A stretch of DNA of 64,000 nt from Ascoidea asiatica JCM 7603 (taxonomy: Eukaryota; Fungi; Ascomycota), in contig BCKQ01000002.1 of NCBI GenBank assembly GCA_001600695.1, positions 1,674,334-1,738,333 of the forward strand, in the 5' to 3' direction. The notes below the pieces were generated by a model. The model did not search any database. It was given only the letters and a program-made list of their open reading frames with translations, and had not been told where the DNA came from. Shown here piece by piece: positions 1 through 10,436 of this stretch. Positions within the stretch are counted from its first letter, which is position 1. Every line of letters begins with the position of its first letter. Position numbers and translations under genes: made by a program.

Positions 1-699
1 TTAAAACGTGAGTATAATTATAATCGATAAATAGTAGTTTATTAATATAAATATTGAAATATTGAAATATTTAATGAATTGAATTATAATAATCAGTTTA
101 GTTATTTTTAATTTAATAATATTATAATATAAAATACTTTGAAAATATTATGAGATTGATGATATGAAAAGGAAAGAAGATATGAATATATATTTTAATT
201 CAATATGAAAATATGCTGTTAAAGGATATATTTAAAATTGAGGATTTAGACGCGGTAAGTTTTGAATATTTTATTTGATAATTTATATCTTAATATATTA
301 TATTTATAAATTTATATTTGAATTGAAATGAATTGAAATGATTATTTAATATATTTAATATATTTGAGAGAGAATTGAATTGTTTTTAAAGGAATCGAAT
401 TGAATTTAGAAAAATAATGAAGAATATAAAATCAATTAACTCTTTCTTATATGAATTTTGATAGGAATTAGTTAACTTTGATACTTTTAAGCTAGTTGAA
501 ATTTTTCTGGGATTGAAATTCAGTTTTAATTCAGATTACAAGAAGAAGAGAATTGATAATAAGAATAAGAATAAGAATAAGAATAAGAAAAAGAAGAAGA
601 AGAAAAAGAAGAAGATATAATGTAAAATGACAATAACACGAAAATTATATAAAATGGATTTAAATCAGATCAATTGACTAAATTAATAATTGTATTTCT

Positions 700-1235
700 T
701 GATTGATTTCTTGATTGATTTCTTGATTGAAGACTGGTAAAACCACTGCTAGAACCATTTCTGGTGATTGAACTAACTCAAGTATCCATGGCAGTTTCCT
801 GAGAGAAGAAAACACTCGAAAATACTTCTGCTGCAGATTTCTCATCTGTTTAATTGTAACGTTATTTCCTTATTCGTCAGGCACTCTTTATCAGGTTTAA
901 GCATTAAGCATTTGTTGCCGGTGCTAGTACTAGTGCCAGTGCCAGGGCCAGTGCCGGTGCCAGGGAGAAGACGCGTAACGTTGATCGGTGATTGCCTCGT
1001 CTCTTTCACTTCGGTTTTGTGTTTGTGGTTGGTGTGGAGGTAGTTTGTGGTGGTGTTGGTGGTGGTGTTGGTGGTTGGAGTGGCGGCGCGCGGTGCAGTG
1101 GCCAGCCTTTTGCGCACACCGCTCCTGACTCGGGGATCGCAGCCGCCTGCTAAAGTACCTTGGCACTAAAGTACCTTGGCACTAAAGTACTAAAATACTA
1201 CTGTAGTAAAACTGCTAGTAACGTTACTAAGTTAT
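700..1235. promoter_or_regulatory. GC/CpG-rich promoter-like island, probably for a minus-strand gene beyond the left edge
   Basis: GC-rich block with CGCG runs, ACGCGT (971-976) and palindrome TAGTAACGTTACTA (1216-1229). The purine-repeat stretch to its left (540-615) resembles the leaders of PUF3 and NBA1. The overlapping short ORFs are low-complexity. Confidence 0.5.
1150..1190. repeat. 16-bp tandem repeat CTAAAGTACCTTGGCA x2.6
   Basis: Copies at 1150-1165 and 1166-1181, with a partial copy at 1182-1190. Confidence 0.9.
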
Positions 1236-1844
1236 TAGTAGAAATAATACCAAATATATTATTCCATATTTAGAAATTTCTGGTTTTTACATTGAAGTCA
1301 ATTCTCAAATTTTATCAATTGAAAAAATATTTTTTACAATTATTATTTTATAATCCTAGTAATTTTATTTTACTCGGTCCTTAAATTTCAACTGTTTAAA
1401 GAATATAAATTAACTTTTTTCAATAATTATTTTCAATAGAATTGTACGATTAAAGATTTAATAATTAGTTAAAATAAAATAAAATTAGTTATTGAATTGA
1501 AATAAGTTGAAATAAAACATTAACATGGGTTAATTTTCAACAAAAACTTAATTTCAATTTCATCAAAGCTGGTTAAAGTTCTGAGCCATCAATTAACAAC
1601 CCCTTCGTTCAACTACCACTCTCACTAAACAACCACTAAACAACCACTAAATAACCATTATTATTATTTTCGTGTCTATGATCTATTAAATCACTAAATT
1701 AAATTAAATTAAAAAAAGTACCTGAAACACGTGATGTACCAATTTAATATTCCCGATCTATGACTATCAATATACTAAATATACTAAATATATTAAATAT
1801 ATTAAATATATTAAACATAATAATACCATTGAAAACAATTTAAT

Positions 1845-3965
1845 TTATATATTATCCATGAAACTTTTACGTAATTCAATTCTTTCAATTCCATGTTTTT
1901 CTAATAAATAATTTAAATTATTATTAAATTCTTCTTTATTATTAAAATTATCATAATTAAAATTTCTTGATTTTTTTTTAATTTCATTCATTATCTCAAT
2001 CAAATTAAAATTCTCTTCAATTCTTCTTAAAATTTCATCATCTTCAATTGTCCAAATTCCAGATATATTTTCTGGTGGATTAATTCCAGTAACTAAAACA
2101 TATTTAATATATTTTGAAATTAAACTTAAATCTCCACAACAATTTGTTAAAATTTCTATACCAAATTCTTTTTCAACTCCTAATTCTAAATATAAATTAT
2201 CTAATAATTCATCTGCTCCTTGAATTGTATAATCTCTTGAAACTATTTCATTTGCTTTATTTATAACTTTTGAAAATGGTAAATCAAAAAATGCTGGTGA
2301 AAAATATTTTTTAAGATTTTGTAAATTTTTTAAAATTTTTTTATCTTCATTATTATTATTATTATTATTTCTATTAATTAATGAAATTTGTGATGCATAT
2401 AATTTATTTCCATTTTTATTTCCATTTTTATCTTCACTCTTATCTTCAAGTTTATCTTCAAGTTTATCTTCAATTTTTTCATCTTCATTATCATTATCAT
2501 TAATATGTTCAAAACTTTTTTCAATATCATTTGAAAATTTTTTAATTATATCTTTTTCATTATTTTCTTTTAATTTTTTATGTGATTTACCTGTATAATT
2601 TTTCATAGGTTCTGGAATTTTATTATTTTTAATTTCATTTTCATAATATTTTATATAATTTAAAATTCCAAATTCCATTGCAAATTTTCTATATCTATCT
2701 CTCCATGCAGATTTTGTATGATTTGGTTGTTGAATTTCAAAAATGTCAAAAAATTTATTTGGTAATGAAAATTTTTTAATTTCTTTAATTTCATTATTTT
2801 CATTATTTTCATTAATTTTATTCATTTTTGAATAAATTGTTTTACATAAAATATAATCATCATATGATGTGAATTTTTTTTTTAAAGTATTTGGCATAAT
2901 TTTTGTTTTTATTGGTTCATTTAAATTATTTAATAATAATTCACCATTTTTATTTGTTTTATAAACATAATTTAATTTTTTATTTAAATAATTTCTAAAT
3001 CTAAATCTTATTGAATTTCCAGTATGTTTACCTAAATTATTTGCAATTTCATTAAATAATTTATGTGATGATCTTCTTTTTGGATTTTTACGTATAAATT
3101 CTAAAATTAATTCATCTTCAGATTCTGTAAATGAATTTTTATTTGAAATTAAAATTTTTTCTTTTTTTTTTTCTTTTTCTTTTTCTTTTTTAATTGATTT
3201 TAAATCTATTGATTTATTTATGAAATTAATTTTATTATTTTTAAAATTATTTAAATTTAAAAATTTTGAATTTTTTATTGATTCATAAATAAATAATGGA
3301 GAATATGAATTAGTTGAATTTAGTAAACTATTATCATTTAAATTTTCATTGTTTATATTTGATGATATAACTATTAAATTTGAATTTGAATTTAAATTTA
3401 AATTTTGAATTGAATCAATAATTTCACCACCATGTAATTGAATTAATTTTTTTAAATTTGTATGATTTAAAGTATTTTTTATTATATGAAATTTATATGG
3501 AATTTTTTCTTTATCATTAAAAAATATTTTTCTCAGACTTGTATTGTTATTACTATTATCATAACTAATGGCATTAGTATCAATATTCTTATTTATATTT
3601 TGGCAAATTCTTTTATTTGGATACTCTTCATTATCTTGATCATCATTTTGATCTTGACTTTCATGTAATTTATGGACTGAAGGCATATCAATATTTGAAG
3701 CTGAACTTGACTCTTTGATATTTGTATTTTTAATACTAATTATTTGCAACTGAGAATCTACTTGTATTGTCTTATCATCTCCATTATTATCATTATTAAT
3801 AATTTCAACTCCAGTATTTGATTCTAAAACTTCATTAGAGCTTTGAACTAATGAATTTTTTATTGTAAGTTTCTCATTATTTAGCAAATGCTTAGTAGCT
3901 TGAATGGAGGTTAGGGATAATACAGAACTATCTTCTGTTGGTGGTGCTTCTAAAGAAGTGATCAT
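1845..3965 (-). CDS. RAP1: Repressor/activator protein Rap1 (BRCT, tandem Myb domains, C-terminal RCT)
   Basis: BRCT-like LKKLIQLHGGEI; Myb1 KNSFTESEDELILEFIRKNP...HTGNSIRFRFR; Myb2 KKKFTSYDDYILC...HTKSAWRDRYRKF; RCT GIWTIEDDEIL...KHGIERIELRKSF. The ORF track starts at GTG 4088; the first ATG is at 3965 (706 aa). Confidence 0.93.
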   Translation of the reverse strand: MITSLEAPPTEDSSVLSLTSIQATKHLLNNEKLTIKNSLVQSSNEVLESNTGVEIINNDNNGDDKTIQVDSQLQIISIKNTNIKESSSASNIDMPSVHKLHESQDQNDDQDNEEYPNKRICQNINKNIDTNAISYDNSNNNTSLRKIFFNDKEKIPYKFHIIKNTLNHTNLKKLIQLHGGEIIDSIQNLNLNSNSNLIVISSNINNENLNDNSLLNSTNSYSPLFIYESIKNSKFLNLNNFKNNKINFINKSIDLKSIKKEKEKEKKKEKILISNKNSFTESEDELILEFIRKNPKRRSSHKLFNEIANNLGKHTGNSIRFRFRNYLNKKLNYVYKTNKNGELLLNNLNEPIKTKIMPNTLKKKFTSYDDYILCKTIYSKMNKINENNENNEIKEIKKFSLPNKFFDIFEIQQPNHTKSAWRDRYRKFAMEFGILNYIKYYENEIKNNKIPEPMKNYTGKSHKKLKENNEKDIIKKFSNDIEKSFEHINDNDNEDEKIEDKLEDKLEDKSEDKNGNKNGNKLYASQISLINRNNNNNNNEDKKILKNLQNLKKYFSPAFFDLPFSKVINKANEIVSRDYTIQGADELLDNLYLELGVEKEFGIEILTNCCGDLSLISKYIKYVLVTGINPPENISGIWTIEDDEILRRIEENFNLIEIMNEIKKKSRNFNYDNFNNKEEFNNNLNYLLEKHGIERIELRKSFMDNI

Positions 3966-4491
3966 TAGAGAAAGAGAGGAAGAAAGAAAGAAAGAAAAAG
4001 AGATTTGATGGATGGTTCTGAAGAAGACGAGGATGATCTTGGTGGCGACTGAGAATTCGAACGATGGCAGCAGAAGCAGAAACAGCACTGAAGAGTCTCA
4101 GCTGGTGTAGAGTTGTTCGCTTCTTCTTCCTGCTTGGTGTAGAGAAGAAGAGAAGTTTCTGCCTCGTTCGTCTCCCGGGCAACGCAGCTGCGGATGTGAG
4201 TGCAAATCCAGCAGTCCGCGCTTATCCACGCTCAGGAAATAACAAGCGCAAGTTTATTTATTTCCAGACACCGGCAACAGGAAATACGGGTTTTTGCTTT
4301 GATTCCGGATTTGATCCACATTTTTCTTCATGATACAGAAATATTTCTTTGAATTTAATCAATTTCCAATATTATCGAATTGTAATTATAATATAAATAA
4401 TGATATTCAATGATCTGAATTTCAGTAAATTGTTTATAATTAATCATCAATGGAATATCAAAGAAGTTAATATTATACAAATTATGGAGAG

Positions 4492-5307
4492 ATGGATCCC
4501 AATACAACTTGTTTGTTTTTAAAAACTAAATCAACTCCTTCTGATAAATATGAACAATTATTTTCAAAATCATTTAATATTCAAAATTTAACTTTTATTC
4601 CATTAATTAATCATATTTTTTTGAATCATGATAAAATTATAAATCTTATAAATTCTGAAACTTCAATTTTAAATATTGATGCTTTTATAATAACAAGTCA
4701 AAGAGCTGTTGAATCTCTTAAAGAAATTTTAATTTCAAATTCTTTTAATCAAAATTTTTTAAAAAATTTCTTAAATAAAAAATTTTATGTCATTGGTTTA
4801 ACAACTGGTAATTTATTAAAAGAAATTGGATTTAAGAATATTTATGGTGATTTAAATTCTGGTACAAGTGAAAAATTATCTGAATTAATTATAAATTCTG
4901 AAATTCCAAATAAAAATAAAAACTTAATTTTTTTATCTGGTAAAAAAAGAAAAAATACTTTACCAAATAATTTAAAAAAAAATGGTTTTAATTTAATTGA
5001 ATATACTATTTATGAAACAATTGAATTACCAAATTATCAAATTAATAAAAATTTTCAATCTTATTTGAAAAAACTTAATATTAATACTAATAATTGGATA
5101 ATTTTTTTTTCTTCTCAAGGAACTTCTCAAATTGTTGATTATTTAAATGAAAATAAAAATTCTAAAAATTTTAAAAATTTTAAATTTGCAACTATTGGTC
5201 CAACAACTCAACTTTTTTTAAAAAATAATGGTATAGCTACTCATATAACTTCTTCAAAACCTGAACCTACATCTCTTTTAAATTCAATACAAAATTTTGA
5301 AATTTAA
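4492..5307 (+). CDS. HEM4: Uroporphyrinogen-III synthase
   Basis: LFLKTKSTPSDKYE, IITSQRAVE, FFSSQG, ATIGPTT and KPEPTSL match the Hem4/HemD pattern. Confidence 0.93.
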   Translation: MDPNTTCLFLKTKSTPSDKYEQLFSKSFNIQNLTFIPLINHIFLNHDKIINLINSETSILNIDAFIITSQRAVESLKEILISNSFNQNFLKNFLNKKFYVIGLTTGNLLKEIGFKNIYGDLNSGTSEKLSELIINSEIPNKNKNLIFLSGKKRKNTLPNNLKKNGFNLIEYTIYETIELPNYQINKNFQSYLKKLNINTNNWIIFFSSQGTSQIVDYLNENKNSKNFKNFKFATIGPTTQLFLKNNGIATHITSSKPEPTSLLNSIQNFEI

Positions 5308-5369
5308 TTCTATTCAATAATTCATTCATTTATTTATTTATTTATTTATTTATTTATCTATTTATTTAC

Positions 5370-8300
5370 TTAAAATGAAAATGTAACACGATCTAATTCA
5401 GGTACAACTAAAACAACTTGAGATTCATTTTTATAATCAATTTCCATAGTAAATGAATCATTCAAATGATTATTAATTGATTTAATATCAATTTTAGGCA
5501 TTAATAATTTCCCAACTTTTAATGGTATTAAAACAATCTCAATATCTTCATTAATAAATTCATATGTATTTTTTTTACCTTTATCAATACTAAATTGAAA
5601 CATTTTTTTACCACTAATTAACCATGCATCTTGATTAGTTTGAATTTCAACTTGAAATTCTTCTAATTCTCTATCTTCATTAGGATCAATAAATAAAACT
5701 CTTTTTTTATTTTTTTTATTCATTTTACTATTACTTTCTTTCTCTTTTTCTTTCTCTTTTTTATTCTCTTTTTCTTCTCCTCTCCAATTTATTAATGTCT
5801 TTGTACTTAATTTTACCAATATTGGTTGTCCAATAATATATTGAGGTTTAACATCAAAATTTATCTCAACTATATGAATTATTTCAATTAATGGAATTGG
5901 TACTGAAATTTCAAGTTTTCTGGTAATTCTTTTAAAAAATTTCTTTAATCTAACATCATTTTTTTTAATTTTTTTATTACTTTCAATTAAATTAGAATTA
6001 TTAAAAGAAAATTCTTCTTTTTCTTTTAAAATTTTTTCAATTATTTTTCCATCAATAATATCATTAAAAAATAATCCAATTTTTTCATTAAAAAATTTTC
6101 TAATCTTAGGATTAATAAATAATAAAAAATTTTCAACTTTTTTATCAGAAATTGAAGAAATTTTAACTTCATTTAATAAACAATAATAATTTAAATCTAT
6201 TTTTAAAATATCTTTAAAAAAATTCTTTAATATAAAAATATAAATTAAAATATTTTCAGAAATTTTTTCCTCTTTTAATAAATAAAAGTTTATAAATATT
6301 AGCCATAAAATTTCAAATGCTTCTTCACTTAAATTTCTATATTCAACTGTTAAATTAACACTATCATTTTTTTTTATTATATATTTTGTTGAAGTTGGTT
6401 CAATTTTAAAAAAAAATGAAACTGGTTGATCACCAAATGCCACAAGTGGTTTAGGTTTTGAAGATGTTGATATATGAAAATTTTCATTTGAAGTAAGATT
6501 TGTAGATAAAATTCTAACTGGTAATGTAGAATCAGATGTACCTACTGAAAATTTTGAAAATAATTTTGAAGATTTAAAAGTATCTTGAACTGAAACTGAA
6601 ACTGACAATCCTGTATCAATATCATCATAAGAAATTAAACTAAAACAATTCTCTTTACCATCAATATCAATAAAATATGTTATTTTAGTTTTTAGCTTAA
6701 TTATATTTTTATTTTCACCAGGATTTGGTATTACATCTTCAACTTTATATGGAACAACAATTCCAGCTATAGAATTCATATCTACATTTTCAAAATTAAA
6801 AGTGGTATTACCGTTGGCCCCATGTTGACATTGTATTTTCATTTCTTTTATATCAGTAACCTCTTCAGATGAAAATGAATTCCATTGTTTATATCTGATA
6901 AGTTCTTTTGTTGGATCAATTTCATCTTCACCATTTTTAGAATTGACAGTACATTGCAAATTATCTTCAAATATTTCAAATCCATCTGTTCCAGACCAAA
7001 ATTCTAAAAATCCCCTTTTTATACCCATTCTACCAACATTTACATTTACAAGAAACTTTTTTTGTAATAGTGTCAAATTTAGGGGATTTTTTAAATCAAG
7101 CAGTAAATTTTTGAAAAAAGGAAATAATTGAATATCTTTACTAGATGTCTGGTTTTTGAGAACTTTCCCTGACTCACAATCATTATCAAATAACACATTA
7201 TTGGACTCCTCTATTGAAAATGTTTTTGTAAAAGTTATTTTTCCAATTTTAATAACTAAACTCTGAAGAGAAAAACTTCCAGATATTAAATCTTTACAAT
7301 CAAGAACAATTTCATTTAATTTTTTTTCTAATAGAAAAGAGTCTTCGTGCGATTTGGTATTCCAAGAGAAGGTGACAACTTCTTCAACATCAATTGAGTT
7401 TTTTAATGTGAGTTTTATATCATCACAACTTAATGCTGAACTCTTTATACCAAACTCAAAAAGAATATTGCTTAAGATTAACTTTAAGTTGTAAGTGTTT
7501 GGAGATAAACTAAAGAGGAATCTCGATACTTTGACAGGAAAAAGTTTCTCCAAGTCATACTCTATTGAAACTTTATCCTTCAAAATAACTATTTTTTTCA
7601 TTGTGCTTTCAATCTCCTTCATATTTATTGAACTTTCAGAAATTTCTTTAAGCCTATTGTTAACTTCACTCAATATTTTAGTTTTATTTGTTTCTAGTGC
7701 TTCTTCATCATTATCATCATCTAGGCTTATTTCTGAAAATGAGTCCATTGCATTAAATCCCTCAAATGAAGACAGTGAAAAAGAATTAAGCTTCATCGAT
7801 GAATGAACAACAGTTGAAAGTAAATCAAGATAACTAGTAAGTAGCATTGCTTTATTATCTTCAAGTGTTAGATATAAGACATTATAATCTCCACTTGAGG
7901 TATCAGTTGACAGTAAATTACTTTCTTCCTCAGCAATTATTTTTTCCAAACATTGAACGTATACGGTGAGTAAATAAAATCCAATAAAATTCCAGCCTTG
8001 TTCATTATAGAAAGCAGGACAATTTTGTAAAACCAAAAGAGCATCCCTATAATTTCCATTCTGAAAATTAACTAATGCAACATCTATAGATAATATATCT
8101 ACACTTCGAGGCTTGTCTGCAATGTTGAAATTGTTTATAGCCATCTCAGTTTCTTGGACAAAAGCTTCAGTGAAATTATCTACATTCGATAAATTCTCTT
8201 TTAAGGTCATATACTCTATCGGAATTTTCTCTTCTGGTCTTTCACCTATTTCCTTCAAAATATTAGATATATCCAACTTCATGAAGGGATCGCAAGAAAA

Positions 8301-9947
8301 AAAAACAATTTCGTACTTATATATATTTCCTAAATTAACCAAAAAATATCTTTTGAATAACGTTAAATCACCTAAAATATCATTTACTCTTTTTTCCTGA
8401 ATGAAAAACCTAACGGAATTTGCATCGAACTTTCCTTCAGTTAATCTATTTGGTTTTAAAAAAACTTCTTCTGTGAGTAAAATGTAATTGTCTAAAAGAG
8501 CAAAACTCCATTCAAATACTTTGAAAATATTTTTCTTGAACGATTTGTTAGATAATAAAGTAAAATTTATATCCACAATAAAACTTTTCAATCTAGACAA
8601 AACTTCAAATAAATGAGACGCTATTGTTGAAGGAGAATACACACTGGAATCCAAATATGATAATATCAGTGAAAAGGTTAATATTGACTGATTCCAAAAT
8701 AAGTAGGCTTTCAGCTCAAATACAGAAATAGTATTATGAAGAATTTTAAGACGAATTTCTTTAAATAAGTCAATGTAAGTGAATCCATCTTTATGCTTTT
8801 TATTCGAAGTTATGTTGGAATTGTCAATCACTGAAAAAATATTTAAAAAGCTATCTTTTAGATTATCAGAAGATTTTTTCAGATTATGATCAAAATACAA
8901 TAAATTTTTAGAGATTAGTTTATCATCAAAACCTATATCATTAATGAAAGATCCAATAGCTTTAGAATTTTTTGAAATAAATTTGTCAAAATAAAAATTA
9001 AATATTTTTTCCAAATTATCATAATAAGCTAAAGAATCATCAAAGAAAGTCAAATGCTTGAATAAAATTCCCAAATTTTCATTCAACAATAAATAAAGCC
9101 CAAGATTGACATTCGAAGTTAATGATTGAAAGTTTGGTAATATAGAAGTGGAATGAAAAGTTCTTTGAGAAAGAATCTTAGATTCAGTTGGTTCGACTTC
9201 CCCTTTTTGTTGGGATTCTGTATTTAATAAATCAGATATTACCGATTCATAAAATTTTATTCTATTTGAAAATGTACTCAAAATTCCATCCTTTAATTTC
9301 GATAAAAAGTTGTTCCAATTTGAATCGTAATCCATTTTACTTCCATATTCTGCTTTTATTTTTAAGACTCTTATTGTTTGATTATTGGATTGGCCATGAG
9401 TTGCATTTAATGGTGACACATAATTGTTAAAGTCTAATCTTATTTTATCCAATAGTGTAGTTTTAAATCTTGTTTCCACATCGTCTTTAGCACCTTTAGG
9501 GACATAAAATATCAATAACCAATCTGTAGGAAGCTTTGCATTATCAATAGACTGTTTGAACCATTCCTTAATGAAAGGTCGTACTTTGTTTTTATACTCT
9601 TCAAGTCCCTCTGTACAAAAAAAAAACATAATTTTTAAATAGGGATCATTGACAGAATTTATAAGATCATTGAAAAGAATTGATTGTGATTGAGATCCAG
9701 GATCTAACTCTAGGGAATTATTATTTGATCTGATTGCATTTGCGTTTATTGAATTGGGGATTTCTTCAATCATGTTAATTGGCAACACTGGTATAGATTT
9801 TAAAGGGGAATTTTCCAATCTCCAATGGAGATTGGTTAAAGGTAATTTAGACTCTAAATCTTCTTTAATATGTTTATATATATCAAATGGATCATAATAA
9901 GCTACTTTAACAAACGTCTCAGCATTTTCATTCTTTTCCGGGACCAT
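5370..9947 (-). CDS. TRS130: TRAPP II subunit Trs130/TRAPPC10
   Basis: N-terminal YYDPF...LPLTNLHW; SVFELKAYLF; C-terminal WLISGKK and LIPLKVGKLLMPKIDI; 1525 aa. Confidence 0.9.
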   Translation of the reverse strand: MVPEKNENAETFVKVAYYDPFDIYKHIKEDLESKLPLTNLHWRLENSPLKSIPVLPINMIEEIPNSINANAIRSNNNSLELDPGSQSQSILFNDLINSVNDPYLKIMFFFCTEGLEEYKNKVRPFIKEWFKQSIDNAKLPTDWLLIFYVPKGAKDDVETRFKTTLLDKIRLDFNNYVSPLNATHGQSNNQTIRVLKIKAEYGSKMDYDSNWNNFLSKLKDGILSTFSNRIKFYESVISDLLNTESQQKGEVEPTESKILSQRTFHSTSILPNFQSLTSNVNLGLYLLLNENLGILFKHLTFFDDSLAYYDNLEKIFNFYFDKFISKNSKAIGSFINDIGFDDKLISKNLLYFDHNLKKSSDNLKDSFLNIFSVIDNSNITSNKKHKDGFTYIDLFKEIRLKILHNTISVFELKAYLFWNQSILTFSLILSYLDSSVYSPSTIASHLFEVLSRLKSFIVDINFTLLSNKSFKKNIFKVFEWSFALLDNYILLTEEVFLKPNRLTEGKFDANSVRFFIQEKRVNDILGDLTLFKRYFLVNLGNIYKYEIVFFSCDPFMKLDISNILKEIGERPEEKIPIEYMTLKENLSNVDNFTEAFVQETEMAINNFNIADKPRSVDILSIDVALVNFQNGNYRDALLVLQNCPAFYNEQGWNFIGFYLLTVYVQCLEKIIAEEESNLLSTDTSSGDYNVLYLTLEDNKAMLLTSYLDLLSTVVHSSMKLNSFSLSSFEGFNAMDSFSEISLDDDNDEEALETNKTKILSEVNNRLKEISESSINMKEIESTMKKIVILKDKVSIEYDLEKLFPVKVSRFLFSLSPNTYNLKLILSNILFEFGIKSSALSCDDIKLTLKNSIDVEEVVTFSWNTKSHEDSFLLEKKLNEIVLDCKDLISGSFSLQSLVIKIGKITFTKTFSIEESNNVLFDNDCESGKVLKNQTSSKDIQLFPFFKNLLLDLKNPLNLTLLQKKFLVNVNVGRMGIKRGFLEFWSGTDGFEIFEDNLQCTVNSKNGEDEIDPTKELIRYKQWNSFSSEEVTDIKEMKIQCQHGANGNTTFNFENVDMNSIAGIVVPYKVEDVIPNPGENKNIIKLKTKITYFIDIDGKENCFSLISYDDIDTGLSVSVSVQDTFKSSKLFSKFSVGTSDSTLPVRILSTNLTSNENFHISTSSKPKPLVAFGDQPVSFFFKIEPTSTKYIIKKNDSVNLTVEYRNLSEEAFEILWLIFINFYLLKEEKISENILIYIFILKNFFKDILKIDLNYYCLLNEVKISSISDKKVENFLLFINPKIRKFFNEKIGLFFNDIIDGKIIEKILKEKEEFSFNNSNLIESNKKIKKNDVRLKKFFKRITRKLEISVPIPLIEIIHIVEINFDVKPQYIIGQPILVKLSTKTLINWRGEEKENKKEKEKEKESNSKMNKKNKKRVLFIDPNEDRELEEFQVEIQTNQDAWLISGKKMFQFSIDKGKKNTYEFINEDIEIVLIPLKVGKLLMPKIDIKSINNHLNDSFTMEIDYKNESQVVLVVPELDRVTFSF

Positions 9948-10436
9948 TTCTCAAATAGTTTTCATTAAAAGATCCAAATATGCAAATTTGGAACAAAGAC
10001 ATTTACTTTTCAATGCTTTATTTATATTTTGTAGATACGAAATAACAAACTTGATGATTAAAACCTGATTTCTATCAATTTTCAAAAGTTCCTTTTTAGA
10101 AGTATCGATAACGTTAAACTGCCACATCATTGTTGTTTACCGCACAGTGAAAAATAATAATTTTGTCTTTTTCTTGAAAAATCAAAATATCTAAGGTTTA
10201 ACTGAATAATTTCAGGCACAATTTTTAAGGAAAATTTCAATTTAAAATCTTTTTCTGAAGATACAATAATCTGAAAAAGCTAAATAAACAGATAGATTAT
10301 ACTACTGTACAAAACATATATTTTTGAGAAAATTAGTAAAACAATTGCAAAGAGAAAGAAAGATAAAAAAATGATAAATTATATAGATTTTCGACATTGC
10401 ATCGACAAATATTACAATAAAGTATTGGAGATTGAT

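Noticed and set aside
1150-1190. 16-bp repeat near RAP1 as a telomere-like repeat, telomerase template or CRISPR
   Set aside because: No spacers, no GGTGT-type core, and similar short slippage duplications occur in most promoters here.
3966-4088. N-terminal extensions given by the ORF track (RAP1 GTG; also TTG starts at 11450, 33386 and 63001)
   Set aside because: Non-ATG starts from a prokaryote-style caller. Downstream ATGs or splicing give sensible N-termini.
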